A DNA stretch of 64,000 nt. Origin: Thelocarpon superellum. Its lineage: Eukaryota. Shown piece after piece: positions 1 to 13,526 of the stretch. The stretch is taken from assembly GCA_026025795.1 (NCBI GenBank), contig JAPEUG010000033.1, positions 1-64,000 of the forward strand, read 5' to 3'. Numbering within the stretch: position 1 is the first letter of the stretch; the number at the start of each line of letters is the position of its first letter. The notes under the pieces were generated by a model. That model saw nothing but the letters and a program-made list of their open reading frames with translations, was not told the origin of the DNA and did no database searches. The translations under genes and the position numbers were made by a program.

Positions 1-138
1 AGAAGAACAGAGCGAAACATTTACACGAAATATGAGAGTCGCTGTTCGACGGACCGCGAGGACAAGGACGAGAGCAAGCGCAAGAGAAGAGCATTGAAGA
101 ATGGAGAAGAGAAGATTCAGAGCAGGAAAGAGATCTAA
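1..138 (+). other. Possible 3' end of a gene entering from the left (45 open codons, charged C-terminus)
   Basis: Frame 1 is open from base 1 to TAA at 136-138 (RRTERNIYTKYE...SRKEI*). No recognisable motif. Confidence 0.25.
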
Positions 139-646
139 AGCGAGCAGCCAAAGACGCCGTCTTGATTCTTTAAAGGTTAGAGATGGACAGCGACGGAAGG
201 GTCAGAATGCGCCAAAACCCAGACATGAGTGCACACTTGGCCAGTCGGGCTTTCCAACGGCTTGACTTTTGCGGATTCCCACCTCCACCTCCACCTCCGC
301 CCTCACTCTATCTCGTCTCTCCATGGGCTGGCAATGGTCCAATCAAAGCATCAGTCACCAGTCCTCGTACCCAGTAACCGTCTTCTCACTGCAGTTTGCG
401 TTTTCTCCCAGATCAGGTAGATGCGGTCGCATGTCTTGAGGTCCAAAGCACCCTGACCGACTGGGACAAACTTCAAGGACGCGGTGGTATTTTGGATCTC
501 CGGGGAACGGGCTGTTTTTCCCGCTGCATGTCTGGGTTAGCCATGTTTATGGGAAGACCACAACAGACGACAGGAGCCAGAGGAGCCAAAGGAGCAAGAG
601 ATATGGATGAATCAAATTTATCAATCAATCACTCATCGAACCAGCT

Positions 647-1403
647 TCAGGCCGGTGTGGGCCAGGTCGTATTGAATTCATCGAACGCGAACGTTGTATC
701 CGTCTCGTATCTGACGCCATATACCGGTTGAAAGAATGCAGTGTGGGTGGGGTCGGCCTTAATTTCCTCTGCCTGCTGATTTTGTTGTCGCGTTCCGGCT
801 TTGACGTTCGCTGCTTTGGACAGGTGGCTGGACGTAAGGTTGATGGCCAGATCAAAGTCGCCGTACGCCTGCGTGCTGGTAGTGATACTCCCACGGGTAG
901 AGTTGTACGTCATTGTCTGCCCGACTGGCACTTTGTCCACTAGAGCGGACGTGAACGTCGACTCGCCCGGGGCCAATCCCTTCGGATCGGGACATTGCGG
1001 CACGAACGTCACTGATGAGTGCAGAGGTTAGCCATCGATCATTGGTTCTAAGAAACGCTGAGGGAGAGAGAGGGGAAGGGAGAGAGGGGAAGGGAGAGTG
1101 GGGAAGGGAGAGAGAAGGGAGAGAGGGGAAGGGAGAGAGAAGGGAGAGAGGGGAAGGGAGAGAGGGGAAGGGAGAGAGGGAGAGAGGGAGAGAGGGAGAG
1201 AGGGAGAGAGGGAGAGAGGGAGAGAGGGAGAGAGGGAGAGAGGGAGAAAAGGTAGGGCTATCCGCACCGTATGTGGTGTTGAACAACTTTGCTGAAAAGA
1301 TTGTATTCTGCGTCTTGAGTCGGAAGCCGGCGTCTCCTGGATCAGCCGCCTTTGCCAGGCCTGCAAGCATGCCGAGCAAGGCGACTTTGGCGTATCGGAC
1401 CAT
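647..1403 (-). CDS. Small secreted protein (~166 aa), function unknown, two exons
   Basis: Exon 1 (1403-1268) has a signal-peptide-like start, MVRYAKVALLGMLAGLAKA. The intron 1267-1012 has a GTGCGG donor, GCTAAC branch point and CAG acceptor. The phase-1 join continues into ORF 647..1012. Several N-x-S/T sequons. Confidence 0.7.
1060..1252. repeat. Polypurine/polypyrimidine (AGGGAGAGAG-type) tandem tract inside an intron
   Basis: About 190 nt almost entirely A/G on the + strand, built from ~10-nt units. Confidence 0.95.
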
Positions 1404-2650
1404 CGTGCCGGTGAAGTGAGAGAAGACATGCGAGAGCAGGTCTAGAGGAAGGATTGAGATGTATGGGGGGAGGGCTGGCCGAGAGTTTGGGAGCTGGGAC
1501 GAATGGCCTTCCTCTGCGATGGCAATGGACTGGGTCGATGAATAGGAAAACGGTCACCATTTGTTCTCGTATCTTTGCTACAGCATGCCGAGATGGACTG
1601 CACCGGACGGGGCCGGAACTGCGTGGCCTGGCACCACGTTGACCCATGTTTCATTGCTGCTATGATGCTGGGCTCTTTGAACGGCCAGAGCTCATGGACT
1701 GAGGCATTTGGCTGACGATCACACACCAGACGCATGAAGATGTCCTTGTGGGTTGCAATGATGACTGTTGGAGTTGGTGCTCTGCAAGCGTAATGTTGGT
1801 CTGATCTCTCGTCGAGTCCATGCATCCCTGTCATCAGTCTACCGCGAGACCCCGTGGCGTATCCGTGCATACCTCACGCCTGATAGGTCGTGGATCCCTT
1901 TATGCATCGAGTCCACACGGTAGACATGACATGATGGTGGAACATACGACAAGGTGTTCTAGACACCGAGCTATGTCCGTTGCCATGCAAGTGCAGGTCA
2001 AATGCATCTTGCTTTCCATTGAACATCCTCCTGCTTACCAGGGCCGTCTCGGGATGCGGACCTAGTCCAGCACATTTCGGGGCAAGATACCAAGCACACC
2101 GCATACATCAAGCACCGCCCAGTTGTGAGATGCATCGTTGGGTTGGGCGCGTCAGAGGTATGCAGCCTTTATTCTCGGCCTTGAATCGTTTTCCACTGCC
2201 GGCCGGCCTGGGTCTCGGGTCACCGCACGCGTGTCGGACTCTGGCAAGAAGACCTGTCAACCTGTCCATCTCCATCTCCCGTTCTGGGCGATATGCATCT
2301 CATCACGACAAGGTCGACAACGACGCGAGAATCGTTTCAATCGACCCCTGAAGCCTCGTTCTCCGGGGCCCAGCACGCTCGTGTTTGACGCTACGGACCA
2401 GGCCCCGACTGTACACTGTCACGGGCAATCTGGTCATCTTGCCCATCGCTCCAAGCATGCTTGTTGTAGCAGCTCCGATTTCACCAGTAGAGCATCTGTG
2501 AAAGAGAACACTAGTGAACCATAAAAATAGCGACCGTAAACATGGGGAGATGAGGGACAGTATTGCTATGTTGCTATGATGAAAAGGGACGACGGGGTGG
2601 AGGGGCGCGTGGAACGAAGACCGCACTGGTGAGGGCGGATGTCGACCGCG

Positions 2651-2680
2651 GTCAACGTCAACGTCAACGTCAACGTCAAC
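2651..2680. repeat. (GTCAAC)5 microsatellite overlapping the WHI2 stop codon
   Basis: Five perfect hexamer copies. The WHI2 TGA (2678-2676) lies within one terminal unit. Confidence 0.9.
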
Positions 2681-3867
2681 GAAGACCAATCACGCTCTGT
2701 TTCCCGGTCAGCGTCCCTTTCATCGGTCCTCAGACGTCAGGCACATACCATCTCCAAGGTCCACACCCGTCGAATCCACACCTTCAGTTTGCCCTCGACG
2801 CCCTCGACGCGTTCCAGCTCGACCCCCTCCCACCAACATCTCCGCGCCGGCTTCCGCCAAAAGAGCAACAACTTCTGCGCCATCCCCACCGCGTTGCTGT
2901 TGTTTGCGTCCGCGCCTTTCGTCTCCGTCCGGAGACGTGCCAGCGCGAGGCTGCAAATCACAGCCTTGTTCGGTTCCCCCGCCCGATGGCCCCACCGATC
3001 GTCGTTGCTGAACCCTCTATCGGCGATGCAGACGCGTCAGCCTCGCTCATGATGCAGCGCTGGCGAGCAGCCAAAGCTTACCCTGCGGTCAACATCTCAA
3101 TTAGATGTTGCTCCGTCGTCCCCGACTCTTCGCTCCGTCGAAGGCCCGAGAAGATACCGTCCTGTTTGAGCAGTGCCTTTCCCGCAGCACGCTTCACTTC
3201 CATCATCTCCGGCTGCTCGATATCCGGCTTGGGTGGGATGACGTAAAAGTCCAGGTCTTCACGCAACACAATGATGCCGGCTCGATCTTGCAGCATCTCT
3301 CGCGCCGATCCCGCCGCGGAATCGATCGACGCGGCGTTGGCCTCCGCCGCCGTGGGCGACGGCGATCTCGACGGGATCGTCTGCGCCACGTGCCGGAAGA
3401 AGTCGAGCATATACTGCAAGCTTGCCGCGTCGTACTGATTGTCCGTCAGCAGGGGGCCATGCAACCCCTCCGGTTCCCTGATCCACCATCGCACTTACAT
3501 CCACAGGATACACATCCCCGTCGCTGAAGGAGTTCATGTGGCCATCCGGAAGTAGGCCGTTCGGAAAAAGGGACAGGAGAACGAATTCCGGCAACGTCAA
3601 CAATTCATCCCTCGACAAAGTAAATCGGGCTCCGCTATCCACGTCCGAATGTTAGTCGAGGAGTCGTGCAGCCATGCCCTTAGCAGTCATGTCCTACCGA
3701 AGATCGAGATTGATGTTCTCATCCGCTCCAACGTCTGCCGCACGCCATTAGCCATCATGAGCCCTCTGCGAGCACACATCGGACCCACCCGTCAAGGTGT
3801 TGATCGGGGCCACTCCTCCCTGCTGGACCTGAGTGATGATGCTCGATGCTCCGCCCGCGGCAGCCAT
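2676..3867 (-). CDS. WHI2: Whi2-like BTB/POZ-type growth regulator / Psr phosphatase activator (possible non-AUG extension to 4281)
   Basis: Spliced exons give MAAAGGASSIITQVQQ, FTLSRDELLTLPEFVLLSLFPNGL, IIVLREDLDFYVIP, KLLLFWRKPARRCWW, KVWIRRVWTLEMSVIGLR*. Introns are GT-AG. Confidence 0.9.
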
Positions 3868-4840
3868 GAGGTAGGTGAATGAATTGAGCGGGCTCGGGCC
3901 CTCGGTATAGGGTGGAGGCGGTTCGGCGTCCTCGCCGCTTTTCGAGCTTGATTCAGTTTTGATGTCGACAGGGAGCGCGGCCTTGGTTTCCGCTACTGCA
4001 ATGTCGGCTGCCGTGGACGATGACGGGCAATCGCCCAGCGACGGGGCAAGCGCCAAGGCCGTGAGACCAGGTGTATCGGCGGCGGTAACAGCGGCGCCGC
4101 TCGAACCGACGTTGGGGCGGGGAGCGATGTAGAGCGATGCGAAGGCGGGCGGCCGCGGGGAGGAGGGCGGGGAGGAGACGTCAAGGCCCGCCGCGCCGTC
4201 GGTGCCTAAGAGGGGAGGCGATTGGTATGGCAGGGCGCCGAGCGCGGCCGAGCCGTCGCTGGAGACTCGTGGGCCCGACAAAGTGACGGACCGTCGATGC
4301 GCGCTCTAGTGAATGGGCCGTTGCGATGGTCACCCGCGTGAGATCACTTCATCTGCGGCGATTCACGAGGTTGAAGATAGGTCACGTGGGCGGTGCGTCG
4401 TGGGCCGGTGGCACTTGTCAATGGCGGAAAAGGTGGTGAATCATGGCAAGTTGTCCATGAGTGTTCCCGGATCGACGTCGTCAGGAGCCTGGTATGGCGC
4501 TGGTAGGGGGATTCAGCGCTACAGCTGAAGCTCGGTGGACATTGGTGGACTCCGGTTGACGGCCGACCAGCTGCTGCCGCTTGATTGGCTCCCGCTCCAC
4601 TAGCGACCACGGTGGCCGGCGACTTCCATCAACGATCTGTGGCCGACGCCTCGCCAGGTCCACGTCGTGTGCGCCCGGAGAGCTTTCGTTGTCTCACAGG
4701 ATCCACCCGTCGTTGTCATCGTTGCCTGTGTAGCCAGCAACACTATTGCTTGCACTGGCAGTAATGCGACCCGCACTCTCCCTGGCTCAATGGGGGCTAA
4801 AGTACGGTTCGAACGGCAAGCGGAGGCATTCCACGGTCCA

Positions 4841-5824
<984 letters not shown>

Positions 5825-6365
5825 TGTCCGTTGTCGAGGTCCACCAGGGCAGCAGCGACGTCCCGCACCCAAAGTTGGAACGCGTGCGACGCGGCCTGCG
5901 CAAAGTCAGGCGTGGTGTTGGATGTGTTCCTGCTGGGACCAGGTGGTTGACGGCAACAGATGCCGGGTTTAAGACTTCGCTACGCTACGTCACACGCACC
6001 CGGATTGCTTCCACGATCGTATGGTCGAGGGACACCAATCATGCAGCAGCACCACGCCCGTGAGGCGGAAGTCCCACCATTCAAGATCGCGATCAAGGCA
6101 TCGCGCCAGCGCCAAGCGCAGGAATAGTGAGAGGGCGAAGGACATCGCGGTTGAAGCGGGGTAGATACGCGAACCCGGACATGATCGCAGTTGAGACAAG
6201 CTGTCGCGCGCTGCCAAGGTGATCAAACAAGGACAAGGACCCGTACCATCCGACACCGGCCACCCGTGTGGCCACCAGCAGACAGCCGTGTCGATCCAAT
6301 CCCTGACACACGACAAACGCCCGATGCCGACAGCCACAGCCATGGATGCGCCATGTCCCTCCAAG

Positions 6366-7538
6366 TCATCGAAACTCCATGGCGCCAAAACATCCCCGAT
6401 CGTCGACGTGCGTCAGCTCCAGCTGCTGGTACCTGCGACGCCCGCATGTGAGTCCGATGGCCGTGCATCCACGAGCGGAATCACTCACTTCTCACTCTTC
6501 GCGTGGAAGTAGATGCCGCTGACATTGCCCGAGATCTGGTTGAAGCAGATGTAGTAGAACCCTTCGAAACTGGCCCCGGGGATGGTGCGCAGTCGATGGT
6601 CGGGAACGAGGAAGTGCTCCTTCCATCGCATGAAGATATTCTCGCGTTGGGCGAAGTTCTTGTGCGCAAAGTCGGGCTTCTTGGCAGACTTGGCCAGTGG
6701 CCGCCACGCATGAAAGCGCGCCCAGTGCTGCATGTCGACCTTATCGTTCGAGCCCCAGTCGGGATGCTTCGTCTGGAAGGAGTATTTGTCGCCGATGATC
6801 TCGCCTTCGAAGTAGGTGGTGAGCGTTGGGTTGGCTGGGGTCAAGCCTGCCATCGACCGGTGTCAGCCTTGAAAGCGGACGTGGTGACCACTTCAGCCTC
6901 ACCTTGGATACGTAGGTAGCCGCAGAGGAATGATTGATCCATGTCAACGTGCTTCAGCTCGACCTGAACGTCGTAGACCTGCAGGTCGGACTGTTGCGTG
7001 CCGTGGAACTTACTCCCCGCTCGCAAAAAGGACGAGGAGAATGTGGGCTGGAACTGCGCGCCGGGAGGGTCAGTGTACGCACACCTAAGGACGGGGATGG
7101 CGCGCCTACCCGCATGTGCGAGAACTCGAAGCTCCTCGACGGGCCCGGGGAATGTGCCATGGTCGACGACGACCCTCCGCCCCCGCTCGGCCCACTCGAC
7201 CCACTCGACCCAAACCGCGGCTCTGGATCCTTGGCATCCGACATGACGCTGACCGGACTCAGCATCTCTCCTCCACAGACCTCCTCGTCGACCTCGACGG
7301 GATTCGGATAGGAGTCCATCGGCTTCAGCTCTCGCTCGCCTGGCCGCATCGGCGCTCGTGGGTGGGCCGCATCGCCCACCACCACAGACCCAGCAGCTTC
7401 TTCCGCGCGAAGCGTCCGGAAAGGATTCAGTCGCCGCCCCATGGGTGGACACGTCGCGTGTGCGATCCATGGAAGATGCGACTCGACCGGAGAGTGATTG
7501 GACGAGGCGTCGGGCGGAGGGGAGTTGGGTGTCGGCAT
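6366..7538 (-). CDS. GID4: GID complex substrate receptor / vacuolar import and degradation protein
   Basis: Motifs SSFLRAGSKFHGTQQS, LCGYLRIQGLT, TTYFEGEII, IFMRWKEHFLVPD, GASFEGFYYICF and YQQLEL. Three introns. Confidence 0.93.
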
Positions 7539-10366
7539 TGGCGATCACTAGTAGAGACGGGCCATAAAGAGAGACGGCGTTGTGCCCTGCAGCAGGTGTT
7601 GACGTCTCCGGTGAGAAGCGACAGGGACGACGATGGTTACGGCCGTGAGGAGGGATTGAGGGATGAGGGATGAGGGTCGATGAGCGAGGGGAGAGATCGT
7701 AATGACTTAGGTGCAGGTGAGGAATCGAGAGAGATCAAGAGACGATTGCCCTGGGCGCTAGACGGTAGAGACGAACGATTCGGGTTTAGCTGTCGACAAA
7801 TCCAAGTCGTGGCCAGCGTTCGCATGTTCCCATGGCGGGGAAGAGTGGCGTTCCCCGCCAGCGTGACCTCCGACCCTGGCGCCAGGATGGGGCGCGCGAC
7901 CGTGGTTCCAGCTCCGCGGTCACGCCGCGCCCGTCGAATCGCACGTAGACTACGCAAGATTTCTGCAGCGCTCAACCAATTCTCGTTGCTCGGGTGGGGG
8001 AGCAGGTAGCATGCGTCGAAGGCCGACGTACGGAGCAAAATTCACCCAATCCCAGTAGTTACGAGCACCTCCGCCTGTGACCCCGCATTCATCTCATCTC
8101 TGACGGTCGGCGTGATACGAGGCCTGCCAGCTCGGAGTAAGTGCTCCGACGTCCCGACACGTCTTAAATTCCTGGACGACATCTCCCGTTACTAAGAGGA
8201 CTGTTCACCAGCTTTCTTTTACCACCAGCTCCATCGACCTCGATTGGACGGGGCTGACATCATGTTGATGTTCAAGTTGCTCGGTTCTGGCGGTCGAGAG
8301 ACACGGGGTCGGACCTGACGAGTCCGACCGACCTTTTCTTGCAGGTTGCGTATCCGAATCAGCGCCGACTTCGGGGGCCAGCTCACGTGCCCTTGCCCGG
8401 CACCTGGCACCGTCACCTTTCTCACCAAAAATCGGGAGGCGGCGACAGCAATTGCCGGCACCAAACATATATAGACCGGCGACTCCCTCGGCCGCCAGCT
8501 ACATCCGGCTCATATCCTAGACGCTTCAAGAGAACTACTCGAGTGGCTGGTGGAGATGCGACCACGTCGGGGGTGGGCCACGCGTGAACAGGGTTCTACG
8601 GCCCCGACGCCAGAGTTGACGACAAGAGGTTACCAAAAGTTCTGAGCTGGGCGAATTAGGGGAAATCTCGCACTTGGGGGTCCCAGGTACCGAGAGCACC
8701 AAGGCGTTGCGCTCATGACGGCCTACCAGCTCGTTTGCACGACATCCTCTCTGGGTAGGCAAGGGTCCAGGCTTAGAGACCTGGATCAACATGACTCAAG
8801 TTACTGCAGGCCGCACGTCTATCCCTCGTGGCCGGACTGCAGGCGGTCTCGACTCACCTGGTCGAAATTCCCTGCTAGATTCGAGGAGAATGCCCAATGG
8901 CGCAATGTTCAACTCTAAACGCTTAGAACCTCTCGCTACGCACGGCCTTCCGAACCTTGCGTCTCTGACGGGATGAAGACGGCTTGCTTGTGTTTCTGCA
9001 GAGGATGGAAATGACGAGCAATGACCCACGGCGATCCTTCGCAAGGGACGGCGTGGAGCTGTATGAAGGGCACCATGGACCGTCAGCGACAGAACACTTC
9101 CGACACGTGACTATGAGCTCCATGCGAGCGCGGTCGGGATCGAAATGATCCATAAGGCAGAGATCCGGGTCAAGGGACGTGACTGGTCCAACGGCTTTCA
9201 TCTCCTTCCAGACTCTCGTGCCTCCGCTGGGCCGTGGCTTGGCAGGGCTAGCAGTTCACGTGCGTGCTTACGGGCGAGGCGCTTCGACAAGCCCGACGGC
9301 GGAACGTAGACGATCGGGGAGGGTGGAAACGAGGATCCCCAGCCGAGTTTGGACGGCACCACGCCGAGCTGCGGGACATCTTTTGGTGAAGTCTGACCTG
9401 TCCCGCAGCGTTAGCTGCCTCTGAAGGTCAAGATGCCGCCTTCTAGTGCTTTCTCCAGGTCGTACCGCGACCCACTTTCCCACGTCAAGGACCCAAAGAT
9501 GGTGTCCTGGTTTCCACCATCGCGGCGGCGTCGAGTGGGACGAGGTGCGACTGGTGGCGAGAGGTGTTGTTACTCAATGCAAATGCTTGTTCCGTGGGGC
9601 CCACCGCTCGTCCTCGTACGGAGGGGTCTAGTCTGACCGCCGGCTCGGCTTGTCTGCGGAGCTCCCGCGGATCCAGGTACGAGCCCGGACCCTTGTACCA
9701 GCAGATGGCTCCCCGTGAGTCGTCGTACGATGCCTTTGTTGCATCCTCGTCCTTGTCCCTCGTCCTGCTGACCAGTCCGTCGCGCAAGGGGAAGTTCGGG
9801 GCCTGCAGCCCGCAAGCCGGAGGCAGGAGCATCAGTATGATAGGGCTCGCCTGGCGAACATGATCCGTGATCCACCCATGTCACGTAGAAGCCACGGCAC
9901 AGATCGCAGGCTGGCCGCCTGCGCTCTCCCATGCTCGTGTCGCGTAGAGCCAAGCGACGTGGAGGATCGTCCGGAGGACGGGATGGACCCTCACCAGGCA
10001 CGGCCGGCTGCGCCAATCGCAGCCAGGCCGCTGAGACGCTCCCAGCCACGGTCACTGTCATCGACGACCACACTTATGCGCCTCGGATAGAATCCGGCGT
10101 GCGTCTCCGACCCACCCGGGGGCAACATGGAAGTATGTCAGTCGCGTGTGAGCCAGGGCACCGGGAGATATGGTCCGGAGAGGAGACCCGTTCTCGCCAT
10201 CCGACCGCCACTTCTCTCCGCCAATTCGAAAGAGGCGGGGGCTTACGTCTGGGCTCATGTCTTGATCAATGTCGTGCTTCGGGTTTGACTCATGATGCCG
10301 TGATACGCTCTCGGCGTCTCTGCCCTACGCCGTGCCCGACGTCGGTGGACGTCGACGTGACCCGTC

Positions 10367-11889
10367 ATGGCCACGCTCTCAGATGTCCTCTCCTCCCAGC
10401 TCGGACATCTAGATGAGAGCCGCCAACAGTCCATCATCGCCCTCAATGTGGTCATGGTCATCCTGGCCACGGTAGCCGTGGTGCTGCGACTGCTGGCCCG
10501 AAAGCTAGTGAGCGTGCCATGGAAAGCGGACGATTATGCCATCATCATCGCCTTGGTACGACATCCTGCCCACGAACTCCCCGAGCTCCGATTGACCCTC
10601 AGGTAGGTCTCCTCGTACGGCCTCTTCATCACGACCATGTTCTGTAAGTACCCTATCCCCACCCCCTCTGACCGCACCGACGGGAGAAAGCGCGTGGGAG
10701 AAGCTCATGCTGACTCTGGATCTCAGCGGTACGCAATGGGCTTGGAAAACACGTTCTTGCCAATACCCCACAAGGCGTGGTCGCATACACTGAGGTGCGT
10801 GGTGAAGCCCGGATGAGGCGCGAGTGTAAGCCGGCGTCGATTAACCGCCGGCCCAGACGCTGTATGCTTTTCTCCTCATCTACCCAGTCTGCCTGCCCAC
10901 AGTCAAAATTTCCATTGTGCTCTTCTACAAGCGCATTTTTGCCACACCGCGGTTCAGCGTCGCCCTGAATGTGCTCGGCACTGTCATTGTGTTGTGGTCA
11001 ATCTCCGCCTGGCTCGTCGCTCTGTTACAGTGCCGGCCCGTGAGCGCGTTCTGGGACAAGTCGATCGACGGCTACTGCATCAACTCGTACCTCTTCATTT
11101 CGATCGAAGGCGGCATCACTGTCTTAACCGACATCGTGCTCCTGGTGATGCCCATGCCGCTGGTCTGGAAGTTGAAGATTTCACGCCGGCAGAAAATCGC
11201 GCTCTCGGGCGTCTTCTTGATCGGGGGCTTGTGAGTCTTGTCGTGGCCGATGGCCTGCTCCCGTCGCGTGATCTGACGACGAAGCAAGTGTGTGTATCAC
11301 GAGCATCATCCGGCTACCTTACCTTCACGACATCTTCACCCTCGACTCAACATGTAGGTGTTCCATGCATCCCTTCGGTCGTTTCTGCACAATTCCCTAA
11401 CCGGCGCGCCTAGGGACGACGTACGCTCCCTCACAATGGTCTACCGTCGAAGCCTACCTCAGCATCGTCTGTGCCTGTCTGCCCATTATGCGTCCGCTGG
11501 TGCGACGGTCCATTCTTGCCAGCATGAGCCGGTCGCGCGTGAGTCAGCCATCGGGCATTGTCTTCAGTGATGTGCAAGCCTCGTCCTCGCGCAACAAGGA
11601 ATGGTGGCCCGAGGCAACGATGCGTGAGATGGAAAACGACGAGGGTGCGACGAGCTCGTCGCAGCATTTGAATGCTTCCTTGCCACCTCCGTGGCGCCCG
11701 CCCACCCAATCTGGCGGCGAGAGCGAGGACGGGTCGACAGCCGTGAAGACGGGACCGCGCGTGGGGTGGAAGGAGCCCCCAGAAATGTCGCGCAAGATGA
11801 AGGATGTCGAACTCGGCTTGACCCCGGCCCGAGAGGCCGAAGTGGCCGAAGAACGGGCTGATGTGATCTTACCCGTGCATCATCCATGA
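10367..11889 (+). CDS. Pth11-like (fungal rhodopsin-domain) integral membrane protein without CFEM domain
   Basis: Motifs VVLRLLAR, DDYAIIIAL, GLGKH, KISIVLFYKRIF, QCRPVSAFWD, TDIVLLVMPMPLVWKL and IVCACLP. Multiple introns. Confidence 0.9.
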
Positions 11890-12103
11890 AGAACGACGAA
11901 AGCATCATGATCTTGGGCATGGCATTTTGCGCTCACAACGGCGTCGGGCATTATATTCCGTTCATGCATGACACCGTGAGGGATTGTGTAGAACTACAAC
12001 ATGTCGTGGCTTGGCTGCGTGGAGGATGCAGTCATGACGTCTGCGAGGACACGGTTTAGAGCCGTTTCGACAGGCACAAAGCAGATGATATATGTACTCA
12101 TTT

Positions 12104-12954
12104 CTAGATAGGCTTGATCTACCCTCGCATGAGATATGTCAGCCGGTGCCCACAGCCTCATCGCCTGGCGAGTGGGTGGACTCGGGCGGACGAACCTTGA
12201 AATGCAATGCGATCAATGAGAAGACCAGACCTTTCAGGTCTTGGACGAGATAGTAGAAGACACGCAATCCCTCAGGATCGGCCGATTCCGTGACGTCAAC
12301 GAGGGAGCCAATCTTCGCGGTCTGGTGATGGGGGTCTGGTGTCAGCCGCCAAAATCCCACGTCGTCCGGCATTCGGCATCCGGCATCCGGCAACCGGCAA
12401 TCCTACCTCAAAGGAGATGTGCTCATTGCCCAGCCGGATTTCGAGCTCTTGCCGACCGTCCTTGTTCTTCTGTGGCCATTTCGCATCATCTTCTCTGTTC
12501 ACGGTCAGCCTTGAAACCACGGTGCAGAGTCGGGGGCGCGACCAACTTCATGATCTCACTCTCCTTGATGATGCGCTTGATCTCCGCGATCAGCAGAGCG
12601 CTGACACACACTGTGGCTCGGGACATCAGTACTCTCTACAGCTAATCAGTAGCAGATGACGCGCCACGATAACTGACTTTCTTTCCGGATGAGCGAGTCA
12701 TTTCGATAGTTGGAGTTGTTGGCATATCGCGCCGATGCACTCCGTCCGTCGCCTAGTACCCGGAAGTCGAATTCTAGACGACCGTTAGGCTCCTCTCATC
12801 ATCCAATGTCCACAGAACCGACCAAGAAATTCGTGCCCAAATCGACCCGAATGCCCCGAGCTGGTTCGCGCACGCTATTAGCACCTCCGGGAGGTCTTTC
12901 AAGGAGATGCCCTTACTAGTAACGGACGTAGAACGGCTCAACGGAGGCCGCCAT
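12104..12954 (-). CDS. MAGO: Mago nashi, exon-junction complex core protein
   Basis: Seven exons splice to [23 protein letters not shown]...[17 protein letters not shown]...[14 protein letters not shown]...HFKIKPI*. Confidence 0.97.
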
Positions 12955-13526
12955 GACCAAGGATACGTTCTGGCTGGCTCGATGCAAGAGCCTCGTCGAT
13001 AAGAGGCTGCAGGGAACGACAAAGTCTTTCTGCTGCGAGCTCACGGAAGCATTGGGGCGCTGATGTTGCGTGGTTCTTCTTTGAATGTAGCGTTTGGTGG
13101 GGCTCACAGCCTTGCACGTGACCTTCCATCGCCAGCCGAGACGCTGCCACGACGTCTCGAAGTCGGACAGCTGCAAGGAAATTATGGTCGGACGGTCCGA
13201 ATCTCGTGTTCGCCGTGCAGCATCACCGCCGTCCGCAGCTGACATACGTGGGAGGGTGTTTACGGTCACATTGTCCCACTGAGGAGCCCCAACGTTGGTC
13301 GGCCCCTGAAGCAGACCAGGCCCGCGGGTCAAGTGTCTCCCTTGTGGAGCAACCCTAAGATTCCTCGCTGACTTCACAAGGGTCCAGGTCGTCCATTCAT
13401 CACATTGGCAGGACGCCATCGCCATCGGAACCATTGGCCGGTGCTGGGAGCCCTGTCGTGCCTGGACGCTGATCACTGATCGCACGCGGCCGACAGTGCC
13501 TCGGTGGCCTCATCCCACTGCGCAAC

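Noticed and set aside
852..1429. ORFs with (SPSLPLSL)n or (ERGRE)n repeats
   Set aside because: They are translations of the intronic purine tract, not real coding repeats.
7550..10360. Many short ORFs in the 2.8-kb GID4/Pth11-like divergent intergenic region
   Set aside because: No motifs, codon bias or coherent splice chain, as expected for GC-rich non-coding DNA.
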